Part shown: in pieces, positions 1 to 30,638 of the stretch
Layout: every line of letters starts with the position of its first letter
How positions within the stretch are numbered: the first letter of the stretch is position 1
NCBI GenBank assembly: GCA_012295275.1
Contig: CM022676.1
Span: forward strand, 9,610,001 to 9,674,000
Length of the DNA stretch: 64,000 bases
Direction: 5' to 3'
Source of the DNA: Chrysomallon squamiferum
Taxonomy: Eukaryota > Animalia > Mollusca
Notes under the pieces: generated by a model
Database searches by the model: none
The model's input: the letters and a program-made list of their open reading frames with translations, nothing else
What the model was told of the DNA's origin: nothing
Made by a program: the position numbers and the translations under genes

Positions 1-182
1 AAGATTTCAAAAGTTTTTAAAACACAGCATAAAGAGCTGGGCAAAATGTTAAGTATCATATTTAATTTAAATTTAAAATTTATTAAAGACGTTTTCTTTA
101 AAAAAATGTTAAAAAAAAAAGATTTGTGTGGAATCTGAACAATTTTACAACATGATATCTGTCATATTTATTCTTTGTTTTA

Positions 183-738
183 CAGTGGAACCTTGGTTTA
201 TGAACTTAATTTGTTCCAGAACTCAGTTTGTAAACCAAACTGTATGTAAACCAAAGTGATGTCAGACACACAAACACCACTTTCCTGTTTTGCAATTATT
301 TATTTACTTAATCTCTACTGTGATACTTTTATACTTTCCATCAGCATTATCACTTTGACTTTTTGTTTTACTTGGGCACCATATTGGATAGGGTATAATA
401 AAAAAATATACACATAAAAGCAGCAACACTTTAAGAAAAGTGAGCAGACAATCTCAATGCAAAAGTTGTGGAGTTGCAACTGCATATCAAAGACTAAAGA
501 CCCTGATTCATGATATATATTTGCTATAGGGCATTGCCAATAATCCTTACTGTGAACTCAGTTTTGATGTAAACTATTCTTATCTTTACCTGATGTCAAA
601 AGAAAGCTTGTCATGGTGTATTGCTGTAGTTTGTAACTCAGGACATTATTCGTAAACTGAGACAAAACTTGCCCTAGATCACGGTTCATAATCTGATTTG
701 TTCATTATTTCGAGGAATCGTAATCTGAGGTTCCACTG
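183..738. mobile_element. Tigger/pogo-like (Tc1/mariner superfamily) MITE
   Basis: Left end TA|CAGTGGAACCTTGGTTTATGA; right end reverse-complements to TA|CAGTGGAACCTCAGATTACGA. TA target duplications at 181-182 and 739-740. No transposase ORF. Confidence 0.85.
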
Positions 739-1097
739 TATCTGCAAAATGACTGTATTTAACCAAAAACTGGTGAACTGTCAAAGTACGCTGACAAGTG
801 CTCACAATGGGCTGTAAGGTCTTTAATTAATGGGTCAAATGTGTTTGACCAATGTGAACACAACACAAGGCTATCTGTCTATCTCAACCTTACTGCACTG
901 CCTGTAGGAGGACTGCCAGTCTCTCAGGACTGGCTCAAAAAAAGAATAAAGCTTGTTCACGACTGCACCATTCCACTTATTCTCCCAAGTGGAAACGAGA
1001 AGTTTCAAAATCAGTACAGGGTACAATGGACCTTAACACATGACAAATCCTAAGCAGACTTTGCAGTAGTGTCTACTTTTTCATTTTCCCCTTATAC

Positions 1098-1700
1098 CAG
1101 TGGTTCTCAAACTTTTTGAAGTCAGGGCACACTTGAAGCCTTACAAAAAACTGCAGGGCAAACTACACACAAAATGCTAAGAAATATAATGCAAAATGTA
1201 ATAAAAAAAAAAAAAACAGAAATAACTGAAATAAGGGTTTATATGCCTTTAAACATCATCTATTCCGTGCACATTTGATTTTGTGTTTTTAGAAATTTAT
1301 CCATTTTGTACGGGTGTATTATTGTAATATTTAATCTGATATCAAAATTCCATAAAGTATTAAAAGTTTTAGATGGGTAGTGACTGTGACAGTGATAGGA
1401 ATATGTGTCACAAGAAAACTCTGGCTATTTATCACACATGCACACTGTATGACTCATACTGTCACTGATAAACTATTGCGCAGTCTTCAGCAGCCACGCT
1501 TGCTCATGAGCCAAAACTCGTTTCGAACCTGTTTACAACGTGTATAAAATCTTCTTCTGGGAAACCAGCTATTTCTTACTGGGTATCTTTCCGTTCTTAA
1601 CATAATCAATTTTTTATCATCACAAATATCTACCCAGATCCTAGAATTTCGTGGGACATGCCTAAGCATGTCTCCATGACACACCCTTTGAGAACCACAG
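1098..1700. mobile_element. hAT (Charlie-like) MITE
   Basis: TIRs CAGTGGTTCTCAAA ... TTTGAGAACCACAG (1 mismatch), flanked by a perfect 8-bp TSD CCTTATAC (1090-1097 and 1701-1708). Confidence 0.9.
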
Positions 1701-1952
1701 CCTTATACCAACATGACTGGGTACCCAACAAATAATAATGTATGTATTAGCAGTATTTAAAAACACACATTTCTTTATTTCCATCCCAATTAAAGGACGT
1801 TCCAACTTCACATGTTGTAAAGCTAGGAGACACAAAAGTGGATCTGTACAAATAATATATTTGGATAATGATAGGTTTTTTTTTAGTTTTTTTATTTGTT
1901 CCAGGGTTCAGACTTTGGCTGTGAGTAATGAATGAAAGAAAAAAAGTGATAC

Positions 1953-2689
1953 CTGAGTGAGACATCTTGAATGATCAACTTCGTCATAGAAAATAATATC
2001 TTCTGCTAAGTTCAACCAGGGCTGAAAAAGAAAAAAGAAAAAAGAATTTTATTTTAAAATGCTGTTAATAAAAATGTTATAGTGGGCTGAATTTTAATAT
2101 ATAGGTGTATGTGTGTGTTTGTGTGTGCGTGTTTGCATATATATTTGTTTGCAGACATGGACAAACGCAAACACAGACACAAAATATACACACAAACACA
2201 ACACACACACACACTTCCATAATAGAGTGTACATCTGGAAATGTATCACTCTTAATATACTCATAAACGCAATAAATAAAACTTTTTTTTCCTTTCAAAA
2301 ATCCATACAAATATAAAAATTATCAAAACAAGAATCTCAACTATCAGATTAACATTTATTTATTTATTTGTTACATATTAAATACTACTTAATCTATTAA
2401 ATAAAACTGAACAACATGACACTCCTAATAGACTATCTATTCTTCTATACAGCTTTATTTTATCAGCATTTAATTTCTCAAACTGTAAATTAAAAGATTA
2501 TTCACTGATATTTTAAATAGAAACAAAAAACTCACATCCAGTGGGGTGGTCAAATTTTCATTTCCTTGAAATTCAAAGAAATTTTTTTTTTAAAAAGAAA
2601 ATGAAATAAACAAATATGTAAGTAATAAAAGTTTATTATAAGTAGATTTCTCAAAATGGATTATGTATCATAAACTAGTAACAGATGTG

Positions 2690-2750
<61 letters not shown>

Positions 2751-3323
2751 CAATAATAATAATAAAAATAAACAATAATAATTAACAATAAAAATTTTAG
2801 TTTCAATGTATTGTCTATCTCTGTTAGCTTAAAAGAATTTAATATGTTGACTAATAAAAATTATTATCAAACATATAAATCGTAATAAAATTGTGTTACA
2901 ATCTATAACATAACCTATATAAGTTTTTTTTACATTTATATAAATATATACACATACACACACCTATAATGACATGCTTATCTTTGCATGCATCTTCATG
3001 TGCATGTAAGTGTGTGTATGTGTATATTTGCACGTGCAAATGTTTATCTTTGTGTTTACAGATATGAACGTATTTTTACTTCAGAGTAATCTGGCTGATC
3101 ATTTCAAGCTGGTGTATGGTCAATATGACTTAAATGCCAAAAGAAATATATATATATATATATATATATAATTACCTTTTTTACTTCCTTCTAGTTTGTA
3201 TATATTGGCTTTCAGCCTGGTTATCTCTGCTTCAATCTATCAAGAAAAATAATCTTATAAAATAAATAATATTAACTAACTTCTCTATCTGCCACATTCA
3301 ATGATTTGTTTTTTAATTAATTA

Positions 3324-3377
<54 letters not shown>

Positions 3378-5295
3378 AATAATACAAATAAAATAAAATA
3401 ATTTTTTTTTTTTTTTAAATGGCTGAAATGTATGCCTGGTGATAAATAAAAATTGCCTGAATAGGTTTTAAACACAGTTCCAACTAACTGTTTTAGATGT
3501 TAGTGGTGCCCATTGTTTGCTAATAATAAAGTATGCAAATGAAATAAAATGGATGAATGTGCATGCAGCAAGACAGACAATTTCATTGTGATATTGTTCA
3601 AACTAATTAATTGACAAAGGGTATTTTACAATCATATAAATGCATTTTATTGTTGCAATTTAATATTTTTCATAATTAAATAATTAACAATCTAATTAAT
3701 ATTTGAAATACTTACTTGTCTTTTGTTCTTGGAAGGAATTAATGTCACCAATTTGTCTACATCCTCAGGCTGAATATATCTATATAATAATAATAAAAAT
3801 AATAGTAATAATAATAACAACACTACTACTATTACTACTACTACTCCTAATAATAATAGTTATAGTAGTAGTAGCAGTAATAACATTGACAGAAATGATG
3901 ATAATGATGATAGTGATGACAACAAACAACAAAAACAAAAACAACAACAACAATAAACAACCAATATATTTACAACTTTATGAATTAAAAAGCTATTGTT
4001 ATTTGTATTTCAATAGTATATTTTTGACAACAACAACAATAATAATAGCAAGAATAAGAAGCATTATAAAAACAATAATGACAATAACTGCAACATCACG
4101 ATCAACAATAATAAATATGGAATACTGATTATGTGATAGTAGTAGTAGTAGTAGTGGCAGTAGTAGTAGAAGCAAGAAAAAAAATAATAATCACATCAAC
4201 AACAATAATAGCAATAATAATAACAATAATAAAAATAATAATAATAATAATAATAGAAATAACAATAATAATTTGTAACAAAAAAAATATAATAACCATT
4301 TAACTGCAGGATCAATAAATTTTTGATTAATAGCAGCACAAGATATTTTAATATTAAACTTATTAGAAGTCTAGCAAACATCTTCTTATAGTATTAAAGT
4401 TTTTTATTTTTTCTTTTTTTCTTTATTTATTTATTGATTACATACGAACAATTAAACTGACTCACATTAACTCACCTTTATTAACAAACCAATCAGAAAT
4501 AAAATAAAATTCTTTGACGAGTTTTACTACAGACAGAACAACACGTACCACAAACCTTTTTAAAAATATAATCATAAATTTTTACTTTAATGAGAAATGG
4601 TCTTCAGTAGCCTAAAAGGATTCGATCCTAGTACCATACACACTTCAACTAATACTCTACAAGAAAATAAAACAGTTTTTTGTTTACTTTTATGAGAGTT
4701 AAACTTGTACAAACTTTTCAACAAATGCGTCCAGTAATTGTTTTCTCTCGTCAATTGACCATGTTGTGTCCAAGATAAAAAGTTCTTCTTCTTTTCCCTT
4801 TTTTGGTTGTCTGTTGCTTGTGCGGATTTTTGTACCCCAATTTTTGGTTTGTTTCTTTGAAGCACTTTTTTCTGTAAAAATGTTTAAATTGAATCAGAAA
4901 GAGTATATTAATATCCCTGTTTTTTTTTTTTTTGGTTTGTTTCATTCTTTGTTGCTAATCTTTCTGTAAAAATGTATAAAATTAAATTTAAAAAAAAAAA
5001 AAAAAAGAGTAATAATGCATTTCTGTTTTAGTTGTATATTTTAACAAAACTGAATGATTACTGAAAACATAATTTTAATGAAATTGTAATAATAATAACA
5101 ATATCAATAATAATAATAACAACAACAATAATAATAACAACAATGATGTTGATAACAGCAATAGTAAATAAATAAAACATATCTATAAAAATAATATATA
5201 TATATGTATGTATGTATGTATATATGTATATGTATATTCATACATAAATTATACAAACTTGTAATATCATCTTCCTTTTGATCATCTGTAGCCAT
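1953..5295 (-). CDS. SNAPC2: snRNA-activating protein complex subunit 2 (SNAP45)-like, 5' coding part; exons complement(5259-5295, 4715-4871, 3716-3779, 3176-3236, 2536-2564, 1953-2021); 3' exons not identified in the window
   Basis: Six GT-AG-bounded exons join with consistent phases (1,2,0,1,0) from an ACCATGG start: MATDDQKEDDITKKSASKKQTKNWGTKIRTSNRQPKKGKEEELFILDTTWSIDERKQLLDAFVEKYIQPEDVDKLVTLIPSKNKRQIEAEITRLKANIYKLEGSKKGNENLTTPLDPWLNLAEDIIFYDEVDHSRCLTQ. WSIDERKQLL, PSKNKRQIEAEITRLK and PLDPWLNLAEDI match, in order, the human SNAPC2 motifs WSAREKRQLV, GRSEAEIRVFLQQLK and PIEVWTDLAEKI as recalled. Not search-verified. Confidence 0.75.
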
Positions 5296-7150
5296 GGTAA
5301 CTAGTTTTAATCTAAATATATGGGGGCAGTCTTTTGTGTTGTTATTCTCTACAATTGGAATTTCTCTGAAAATAACACAATATATCTTAATTAATGCATG
5401 TATTTAGCTCTATATTTATGTATATTTTTATGAGAATATATATGCTGGTATATATGTATGCATGTATCTCTGTGTGTAAGACATACATATTTTTGCATGT
5501 TTGTTCATGTTTTAAAATTTGTATATATGTCTGAACAAGTACATTTACACTCTGTAACTTGGGTATAAATGGACACTGCTTTTAATGTGACTTTACATTA
5601 TTTAATGAGAAGTATTTATATAATATTCTGGCAGTTAAGTAATCCTAAAATACCAAATATAGATATATATGGTTTGACTGAATTTAATACTCATTTATAC
5701 CATTACTGCATTAACATTAGCTAGGAACATAAATAAATAAATAATAACTCGTCTAGTACATTTTTTTGAATTAATACATTTCACTAATTATTACTGTAAC
5801 CAGTTATATTTCAAACATCACTTTATGTACAATGATGCCATTAAAGAAGATATCTATTATACCATTTCATTGTCTGTCATTTATTGATTAATTTACAGGG
5901 ATCTCGCACGTACACGACCGTCCTGTCATGCAAGCACGTTCCTCCTGAATTGAATTGACCTAGATTTTTTGTTTAGTCAAACTTTTGGTCTGAAAGTTGA
6001 CTGACCTCGATTTGTACCATAACTAAAAACCTTTAAATGGCCAATTAGCTACAACATCCTTTTTAACACGGATAAATATGTTAATATTTAAATGTGATGA
6101 CTTGTCTTTCATTCATTATTAATCATTTTATCTTAATAAAAAATGTTGTTAGTTTTCTTCTTTTTCTCTTTCTTAAATACATTTATTATGAAGTCCGGAT
6201 GTCATTCAACTGTCTTATTTTAAGCCAAATCCTGGTGTCTGTTGTATTAATTTAAAAACAGAAGAAAAATATTAATTCAGAAGAAGCGATGTGTGTCGAA
6301 TTGTTCAAAAATTCGGATATGTATCACTGAAATGAAATTACTGACTGTATCGACGTTGTCAGGAATTACAAGCACATGATATTAATATCTGCTTAACTCC
6401 CCTGATATATCGCAATTTGTCAACGTCACTGAATCGGAGCTGTTACTATGCTAGCTCCAAACTAATGTGTCCCAGAAAAAAAAACGTCCATTTGTTAGAT
6501 TGTTAAATTCGCAAATTAAATACTGTAGGTTATCATTATCATTATTAATTTATTAATACCATTTTTTATATTTTTATAACAAAATATATTTTATGAAAGC
6601 AAATGTCAAATAGAATACTTCAGTCCCTGTCATAATAATGATAATGATAACAATACTAATAAATTATGATCAGTCCTCCTTTTTATTTCAAATTCCCAAA
6701 ATAAGCTCCTCCTATAATTTACAAAAGATGCAGCAAATTGTGTTCCATTCTGTATCGAGAAAAATAGCTTATAAACATTCTTCACTGCTAAAAGATAATA
6801 AAATGGTTGCAACAAGTATTCTTTTTCGCATTTATACGCAAAGTAAATAAATAAATAACAGTTGTTAAGTATAATAAACAAAGTATATTTCATACTGTCT
6901 GTTACGAATAGTAATGAAATATGGTTTTGTGGTTTTGTCATCGTGAAGTTATTTAGATATAGTAACAACAACAACGAAAACGAAAAAGAAATTAAAGAAA
7001 GAAAAATAATAATAAATTTAAAATCACGTGAAGAAAAAATATATGAAATATTTTATGGATATACTGTTATTATTAATTTTATTAATTTTCACCCAGTATT
7101 TTAAAGTTTATAATATCGAACTTAGCAAATATACGCTGAGCATACCTGAA

Positions 7151-7153
<3 letters not shown>

Positions 7154-7235
<82 letters not shown>
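7154..7235. repeat. (GA)n microsatellite next to the SNAPC2/GSK3 promoter
   Basis: Perfect AG dinucleotide run. Confidence 0.95.
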
Positions 7236-7238
<3 letters not shown>

Positions 7239-7773
7239 CGTAGATCATTAATTCAAATTTAATTTATTATTGACAAGAAATATGATTGGGACGTACTGCG
7301 CTAGGGGCGACTTAACTTAAATCCTCATTCGGAGAGTACTCATCTTAAATTTCCGCACAAAATCGTGCTTGTCCGTAAAGTTATCAAGGATGTTTTGATT
7401 AGTCAGCGAGCGTTGCCGAGGCGTTGTTTCCTATTCGTAACAATCGTCATTGTACGGAAATTGATCAGCCATTGGAAACGATTGCGAGAAACCAGAAACG
7501 ACAAACACAGAAGAAATATTAGGAAAATAGATAATTTATCATCAGCTTCCGAGATCCATCGAAAGTTATAAATGATCATAAGACTATCAATTTTCCAAAT
7601 GGTGACCAAATATGTTTTCAAGTGTCAATGGTTACGAGAATATGTGTTCCTTTCGACTGAATGTCAAGAGTGGTAATTTTGTTTTACTATCTGAAATGTA
7701 ACAGACTTAGTTTTGCGAACATCATTTAGCCACCTGTGGACATTGGGACTTATTTTAATTGTTTTTGTATATA

Positions 7774-24748
<16,975 letters not shown>

Positions 24749-25333
24749 GATTGGCTGATCTGTAGGATGCGTTTTATACATATGAATACGATATGATATG
24801 TATATATAAATATATAATATTGTTTACCTATCAGTCACGCAATATTGGTTAACAACTCAGATGTGGTGGAAAAATTCTTTTTAAATTATTGGCCACAGAT
24901 GATGATTAATTATTATTTTAGTTTTTGTTTTCTTTTTTTTTTTTTTGTCTGTGTGATTATTATTTTTTTTTGAATTATTTCTTTCTGGTTTAATTTTTTT
25001 TTTGAATTATTTTTCTTGTTATTATAGTTTTATTTAAAAAAAAAATGTTTTGACTGTGGTTCAGAAATTTGTGGTCACAAACATTGTGTACTGAAAAAAA
25101 ACAACAAAAAAAAAACAACTGAAAAAAGGAAATTAAAAAAAACAATTTGTTTAAATTTTTAATTTAAAAAGAGGAAAAAGAAAGGAAAGAAAAAACAAAC
25201 ATTTAAAGGGAGAGAACTCTTGTGAAAAAGAGAAGAGTGATTTGTGTTGTGTGCTACAGACACAGTAGCGTTTTGGATACTGCCTTCATGTATTTTTTTG
25301 TTTTTTTTTTTTTTTTTTTACTTTCCCGTTTAA

Positions 25334-25427
25334 CCCTTTTAACCGTCGAATTCAGCTATGGATAAAAATAGCCTGTGGATGATGTAACAGCCTGCCTTTT
25401 GAAGTGACCGCGAAACAGGTGAAAGGG
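25334..25427. mobile_element. piggyBac-like mini-MITE downstream of the GSK3 stop (probable 3' UTR)
   Basis: TTAA|CCCTTT ... AAAGGG|TTAA termini, 94 bp. Similar right ends occur near 26085 and 26228. Confidence 0.6.
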
Positions 25428-25553
25428 TTAACGAGATACCACACTACATGAATCGACTGCATATAAATACCATTTATTTTTTAACCTGCCTCAAAAGTTC
25501 CGGTTTTTGAGGGATGATGTCTGTGTGTTACGTGTTATCATTGTTATCTTGTA

Positions 25554-25590
<37 letters not shown>

Positions 25591-28074
25591 CATAAATTAT
25601 GTCTTGGTTATTTGAAAATATCGTTTACTTTGCATGCAGTAGGTATTTTTTTAATTTTTTTTTTTATATATATATATATATATTAAAAAAAAAAAACTGT
25701 TTTGTCAACTTTGTCATTGTGTTGAAAAATGGTTGAAAATTTCAGTGCCGTTTGTGTACAACTGGATTAATAAGAAATTTTCTAAGTCCTGTTCCATAAT
25801 ATAATTGTAACTGTTTGCCCTGCTCATAGCTGAATTTTAATTTTTTATTTTTTTTTACTTATTTATTTAAATATTTTTTTTAATCAAAACAACTGAATGC
25901 TTTAGTACTCATGTCCATTGTTCACAGCTGAAAAAGGTTTAACAAATTTTAGTTTCTCAAAAATCAGTGCATTTGCTGTTGCTGTTTCGCATTAGTCATA
26001 GTTGATAAAGAGTCAAAAGCATATTTATGCATGGAAAAGCAATCCATTTATTATAGCTTATTGCATTGGTCATGGCTCATAGGGGGTTAACAAAATTTTG
26101 CATCTGGAAAAGGAATCCATTTAATATATAAGCCTTTTCTTTTTTTTGCAATTTGTTAATTATCATGTACCTCAAAAGCAGTGTGCTTACTATAGCAAGC
26201 CTTTTGCAATGGTTGTGGCTGGTAAAGGGTTGAATAACCATTTTTTCTCAGAAGATTAGATCCATAGATAGATAGTGTCTTTGAATTGGGTTTTATGTTT
26301 TTAACCGTCAGATTAAAATATCCAATTCAAAATTCAGTCACACTGAGTAAAATAAAATCTTTTTAGATGATGGGTCTTATTCAAGATAATTCATCTTTTT
26401 CGTCAGTTAAAAGAAAATGATCTTTATGATGATTTTTTTTTTTTAAAAGCAGTAGTATATAAATAAAACTTAAATTCATGAGGATTTTGAAAGCTGTATG
26501 TAAACAAAATATATATTTATGATAATGTTAAAAGCAGTGTATAAGTAAATTTTAAATTCATGATGATTTTAAAAAGCAGTATATCAATAAATATTTATGA
26601 TAATTGTTTTTTTTTTTAAAATGGAAAATAGGTTAACTGTACGTCTACAGTTATGTTGTGGAACTGGACTTTGTGCCATTGTGCAATGTTTTCATAGTTA
26701 CGATGTTCTCACTTAGTTACGTCTGCTCATGGCGTTACATGTCTGATTGTTGTCTAGAGTTGTCTGCACTTGTTGAACAATAAGGCTTGAGATAAAAAAA
26801 AAGGGTTTAAATATTTTTAAAAGCCAGATAACTGGAATGTTTTTTTAACTTAATTAGCTAACAATCGCAGTGTTTTTTCAAGTCTAAAGAAATTTTGAAA
26901 TGAAAACATCATTTTATTGCTTTTTTTTTAATTAATCCAAATTATTTGGGAGGATAATTTATTAGAAATTCGTTTCCTAGATCATTTGGAAAAATCATTT
27001 GTTGTTATCGTAATACAATTTACAAAATTCTCAGTGTTAATGTTTATTTGAAATCTCATTTATGAAAATAAAATCTGTTTTTGGCCTATATATATATATA
27101 TAAATATTATTTTTAAATTTTCGTTTGGCACTAAATGCAGATTAAGCCTTTGGCAACCAACTTAAAACTTTACTGTCCTCATTTATTCATATTTCTGCAG
27201 TGTTGTTGGCAAATGTCAAAATTTTATTAACTGTTTTTTTTTTTTTTTTTTTTTTTTTTAAATGTCATTTTTGTCATGTTAATCTTAGATAGTTGTGTGT
27301 GTACGTCTGTACGTCTTTGTGTGTGAAAGAGCAAGTAGATTGTGTTATTTTTTTTTTTTTTTCTTGTTCTCGTTTTTTTCTTACTGTAGACTATTATATA
27401 AGCAAAATTCTTTTAAAATTATCGTACGTTAAATGAACTTGTATATTTTTTTGGATGTATGAAATGTCACTGCGTTCCAGTATTCTGGGGTTTTTTTGGT
27501 TTTTTTTAACTGTACAGAAAAAAAGTTTCAGAAAACCTGAAGTAAGTTTACTGTGTAATTTCTGTAATTTCATTTTGGTACTTGTCAAATATATAACAAT
27601 TTTTTAGTTAATTTTTAATTTTTTTTTTAATGTTTATGTACTGCAGTGGAAAACCAGCAATAATTCAGTGTTATGGAAACAATTAAGATTCTTTTTAAAA
27701 TAATCCTTTTTTTTAAATACATTTTTAAGTTAAAAATGTTCAATGAATTAACTAAATTTTTATTGAAACGAATAATAATAATTATTATTATTATTATACA
27801 GCAGTCTGGAAGAGTTTGTAAAGTTTATTTTGTCAGTTTTTTAAAGAAAAGCTGTATCTTTTGGTTTTGTTGTAACTAAACTGAATTTGCAGGAAAATAA
27901 TAAACAGTTGTTTTCAAAATTTAAAACTAAAGAACCCAGATAAAAAAAATATATAAAAAATAACAAATAATAATAAATAGCTTTAAAAAGAATTTAAAAA
28001 AATAAAAAGTAATAATTTTGTGATAATACATTTTTTTGTAATTTTATATTGTACAAGTGTTTATTTTTAATTAC

Positions 28075-28108
<34 letters not shown>

Positions 28109-28940
28109 TTTTTTTTTTTTTTTTCTTTTTTTTAAAATGAAAGTTCTGTTCTGTTAAATTTAAATAAAAAGGAAATGTTAATTTTTAGTTTAATATTTTT
28201 AAAAGTGCGTTCCCTTTGTGGTTTTCATTTGATGATTAAATTTTATTGCAAAATAAACAAAATACTGTTTTGGAAACAATTTATAAAAAGTTTATAAAAG
28301 AAAATTATTAAAAAAAAAAAAAAAAAAGTTTAAGGTAAGAATTAAATAACAACTTTATACCTAAACAATAACAAATTATTATTTTCTATAACTACGTATA
28401 TTAATTTCTTTGTTACCGTCATAACTTTCTTTGCTTATTTATTTATTTATTTATTTATTTATTATTAAAGGGGTAAATGATACAGATGTACTTTTTAAAT
28501 TATTATTATTGTTATTATTATTATTATTGTTACCATTATTATTATTATTATTTTATTAAAGGGAGCATGATGCTGTATGGTTTTTCAGAAAACTGGTTTT
28601 AATTTGTTAGAAATGAGTGTGCATGTGTGTGGGTTGATATTTTAGAAATTAACTTTTTTCTTCTGTTTTTTTTTTTCAGTGTTGTTCATTCAGGTCATTT
28701 AATACTATGTTAATTTTTATGTGAAATATGTAATTAAATTTAAAAAAAAATCAATATGGCAAAGTTAAAAATAAAATAAAAAATTAAAATTTTGTTTCTG
28801 TTAATAACAGTGATAATAAACCTGGGTAGTTAAAATAATTCAGCTTGAGTCATTTTGAAGCATCTCATGAATATTCATCAGCTAACAGACATGAATATTC
28901 ATCAGCTACCAGACATGAATATTTTATTTATTTATATTAA

Positions 28941-29234
28941 AGGGAACCAGTCACTGATTTTGTTTTTTTCTTTTTTAATTAAACTGTTTTAAAAATTTTA
29001 TTTAGTGTTTTTTTTTCTTTTCTTCTTCTTCATCTTTTTTTCTGTTAATAAACAGATAATAATTGCATTAAAAAAAAAATAAAAAATAAAAAAAATAAAA
29101 TAAAAAAAATAATTTACAAAAAATCTTAACAAAATCATAAATAAATAACATAATTTATATTTTGATAATTTGTAGATATGGGAATGGTACAGTTATATTG
29201 TTTGTTGATAATTCATATTTGTTTATTATTATTA

Positions 29235-29298
<64 letters not shown>

Positions 29299-29464
29299 TT
29301 TCAAAATATTTCCTTATTTACTTATGTTAAAATTAATTAATTATTTATTTATTTATTATTTATACTGATGAGGAAAGATTTATTTTATTTTTCTATACCA
29401 ACATTTCAGACTTCAATTTATAATTTTACTTATTTATAGAAATAAAACCAGTGACTGATTTTCT
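28941..29464. mobile_element. TTAA-flanked MITE, Kolobok-like
   Basis: TTAA|AGGGAACCAGTCACTGATTTT ... AAAACCAGTGACTGATTTTCT TAA; the inverted terminal match is 17/21. Confidence 0.55.
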
Positions 29465-29871
29465 TAAGATTGTTTCATCATCCTTTACACTGCAAATAAA
29501 AAAAAAAAATAAATAAAAAAAATATCTCATAAACAGGAAAACCCTGATATCACAACTTGTATAGAGAAATGCAGAGAAAAAGAAGAAAAAAAAAAATTTG
29601 GGTTAACATTTAAGTTGAACAAGTACATTATTTTTAATGTTTAAAGAAATATATAGATACTTCAATTTTAGAATGTTGAAAAGATTTTATTTCAATTTAA
29701 TTTTTATTATTTTATTATTTTATTTATTTATCAAGTTGGAAAAAAAAATGAAAATGAAAAAATAAAAGCCTACAGATGCTAAATTAGACACTTCATTATT
29801 TTTATTTTTGTTAACTTTATTTATTTAAATATTTATTTATTATTATCATTATTAAAGTCAGCTTTTAGTCC

Positions 29872-29944
<73 letters not shown>

Positions 29945-30554
29945 ACACACACACTGATGAAAAATTTAAAAGAAATCAAAGATTTTCTTCATCTAGTCTA
30001 TACATTTCTCTAAAATATGAAAATAGAATTCGAAAGATTCCCATACTAAATATCACATTATCTGAGTGGTAGGGGGGGGGGGAAACAAAACGTGAATCTG
30101 TTGCAAGTGATAACATAAGTTGATGAACAAAAACTAAAATATTAAGAAATAATTACTTGATAGTAGACAAAGGGAAGATTCCCTCCTCCGAACGATTGAG
30201 GACCCCCCCACACACACACACACAAATATTTCTGTCCTTTGTATAGAGACAACACGTTGCTGAATGACGTCATCTGTTTCTAATGTTACGTATTCAGTTA
30301 CTGCAACTCGCGTATTCTTCATTTCGGTCATAAATAATTAAAAACGTGAAATTAAGGCAGGAAGAAAAATTATTAGAAGAAATGAAGAAGAAGAATTTGA
30401 AAAATATCACGAGGAACTGAAGACCGTATAGTGGTACAAAATGGTTCGGTTTTATAATTTCAAGCTAGCAAAAGAAGTGTTTTGTGATAATGACCTAGTT
30501 TCGTGTTGCTCTGATTGAAGTTATTTACCAACGAAAACTTTTCTCTTTATTTTT

Positions 30555-30638
<84 letters not shown>

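Noticed and set aside
841-1053. 70-aa plus-strand ORF between the two MITEs
   Set aside because: GTG start, no motif, and it probably lies within a SNAPC2 intron; no convincing downstream SNAPC2 exon was found here either.
4635-4656. Possible extra 22-nt SNAPC2 exon (VLVEVCM)
   Set aside because: It needs a 58-nt intron and a weak donor; the direct 4715-to-3779 join already preserves frame and motif spacing.
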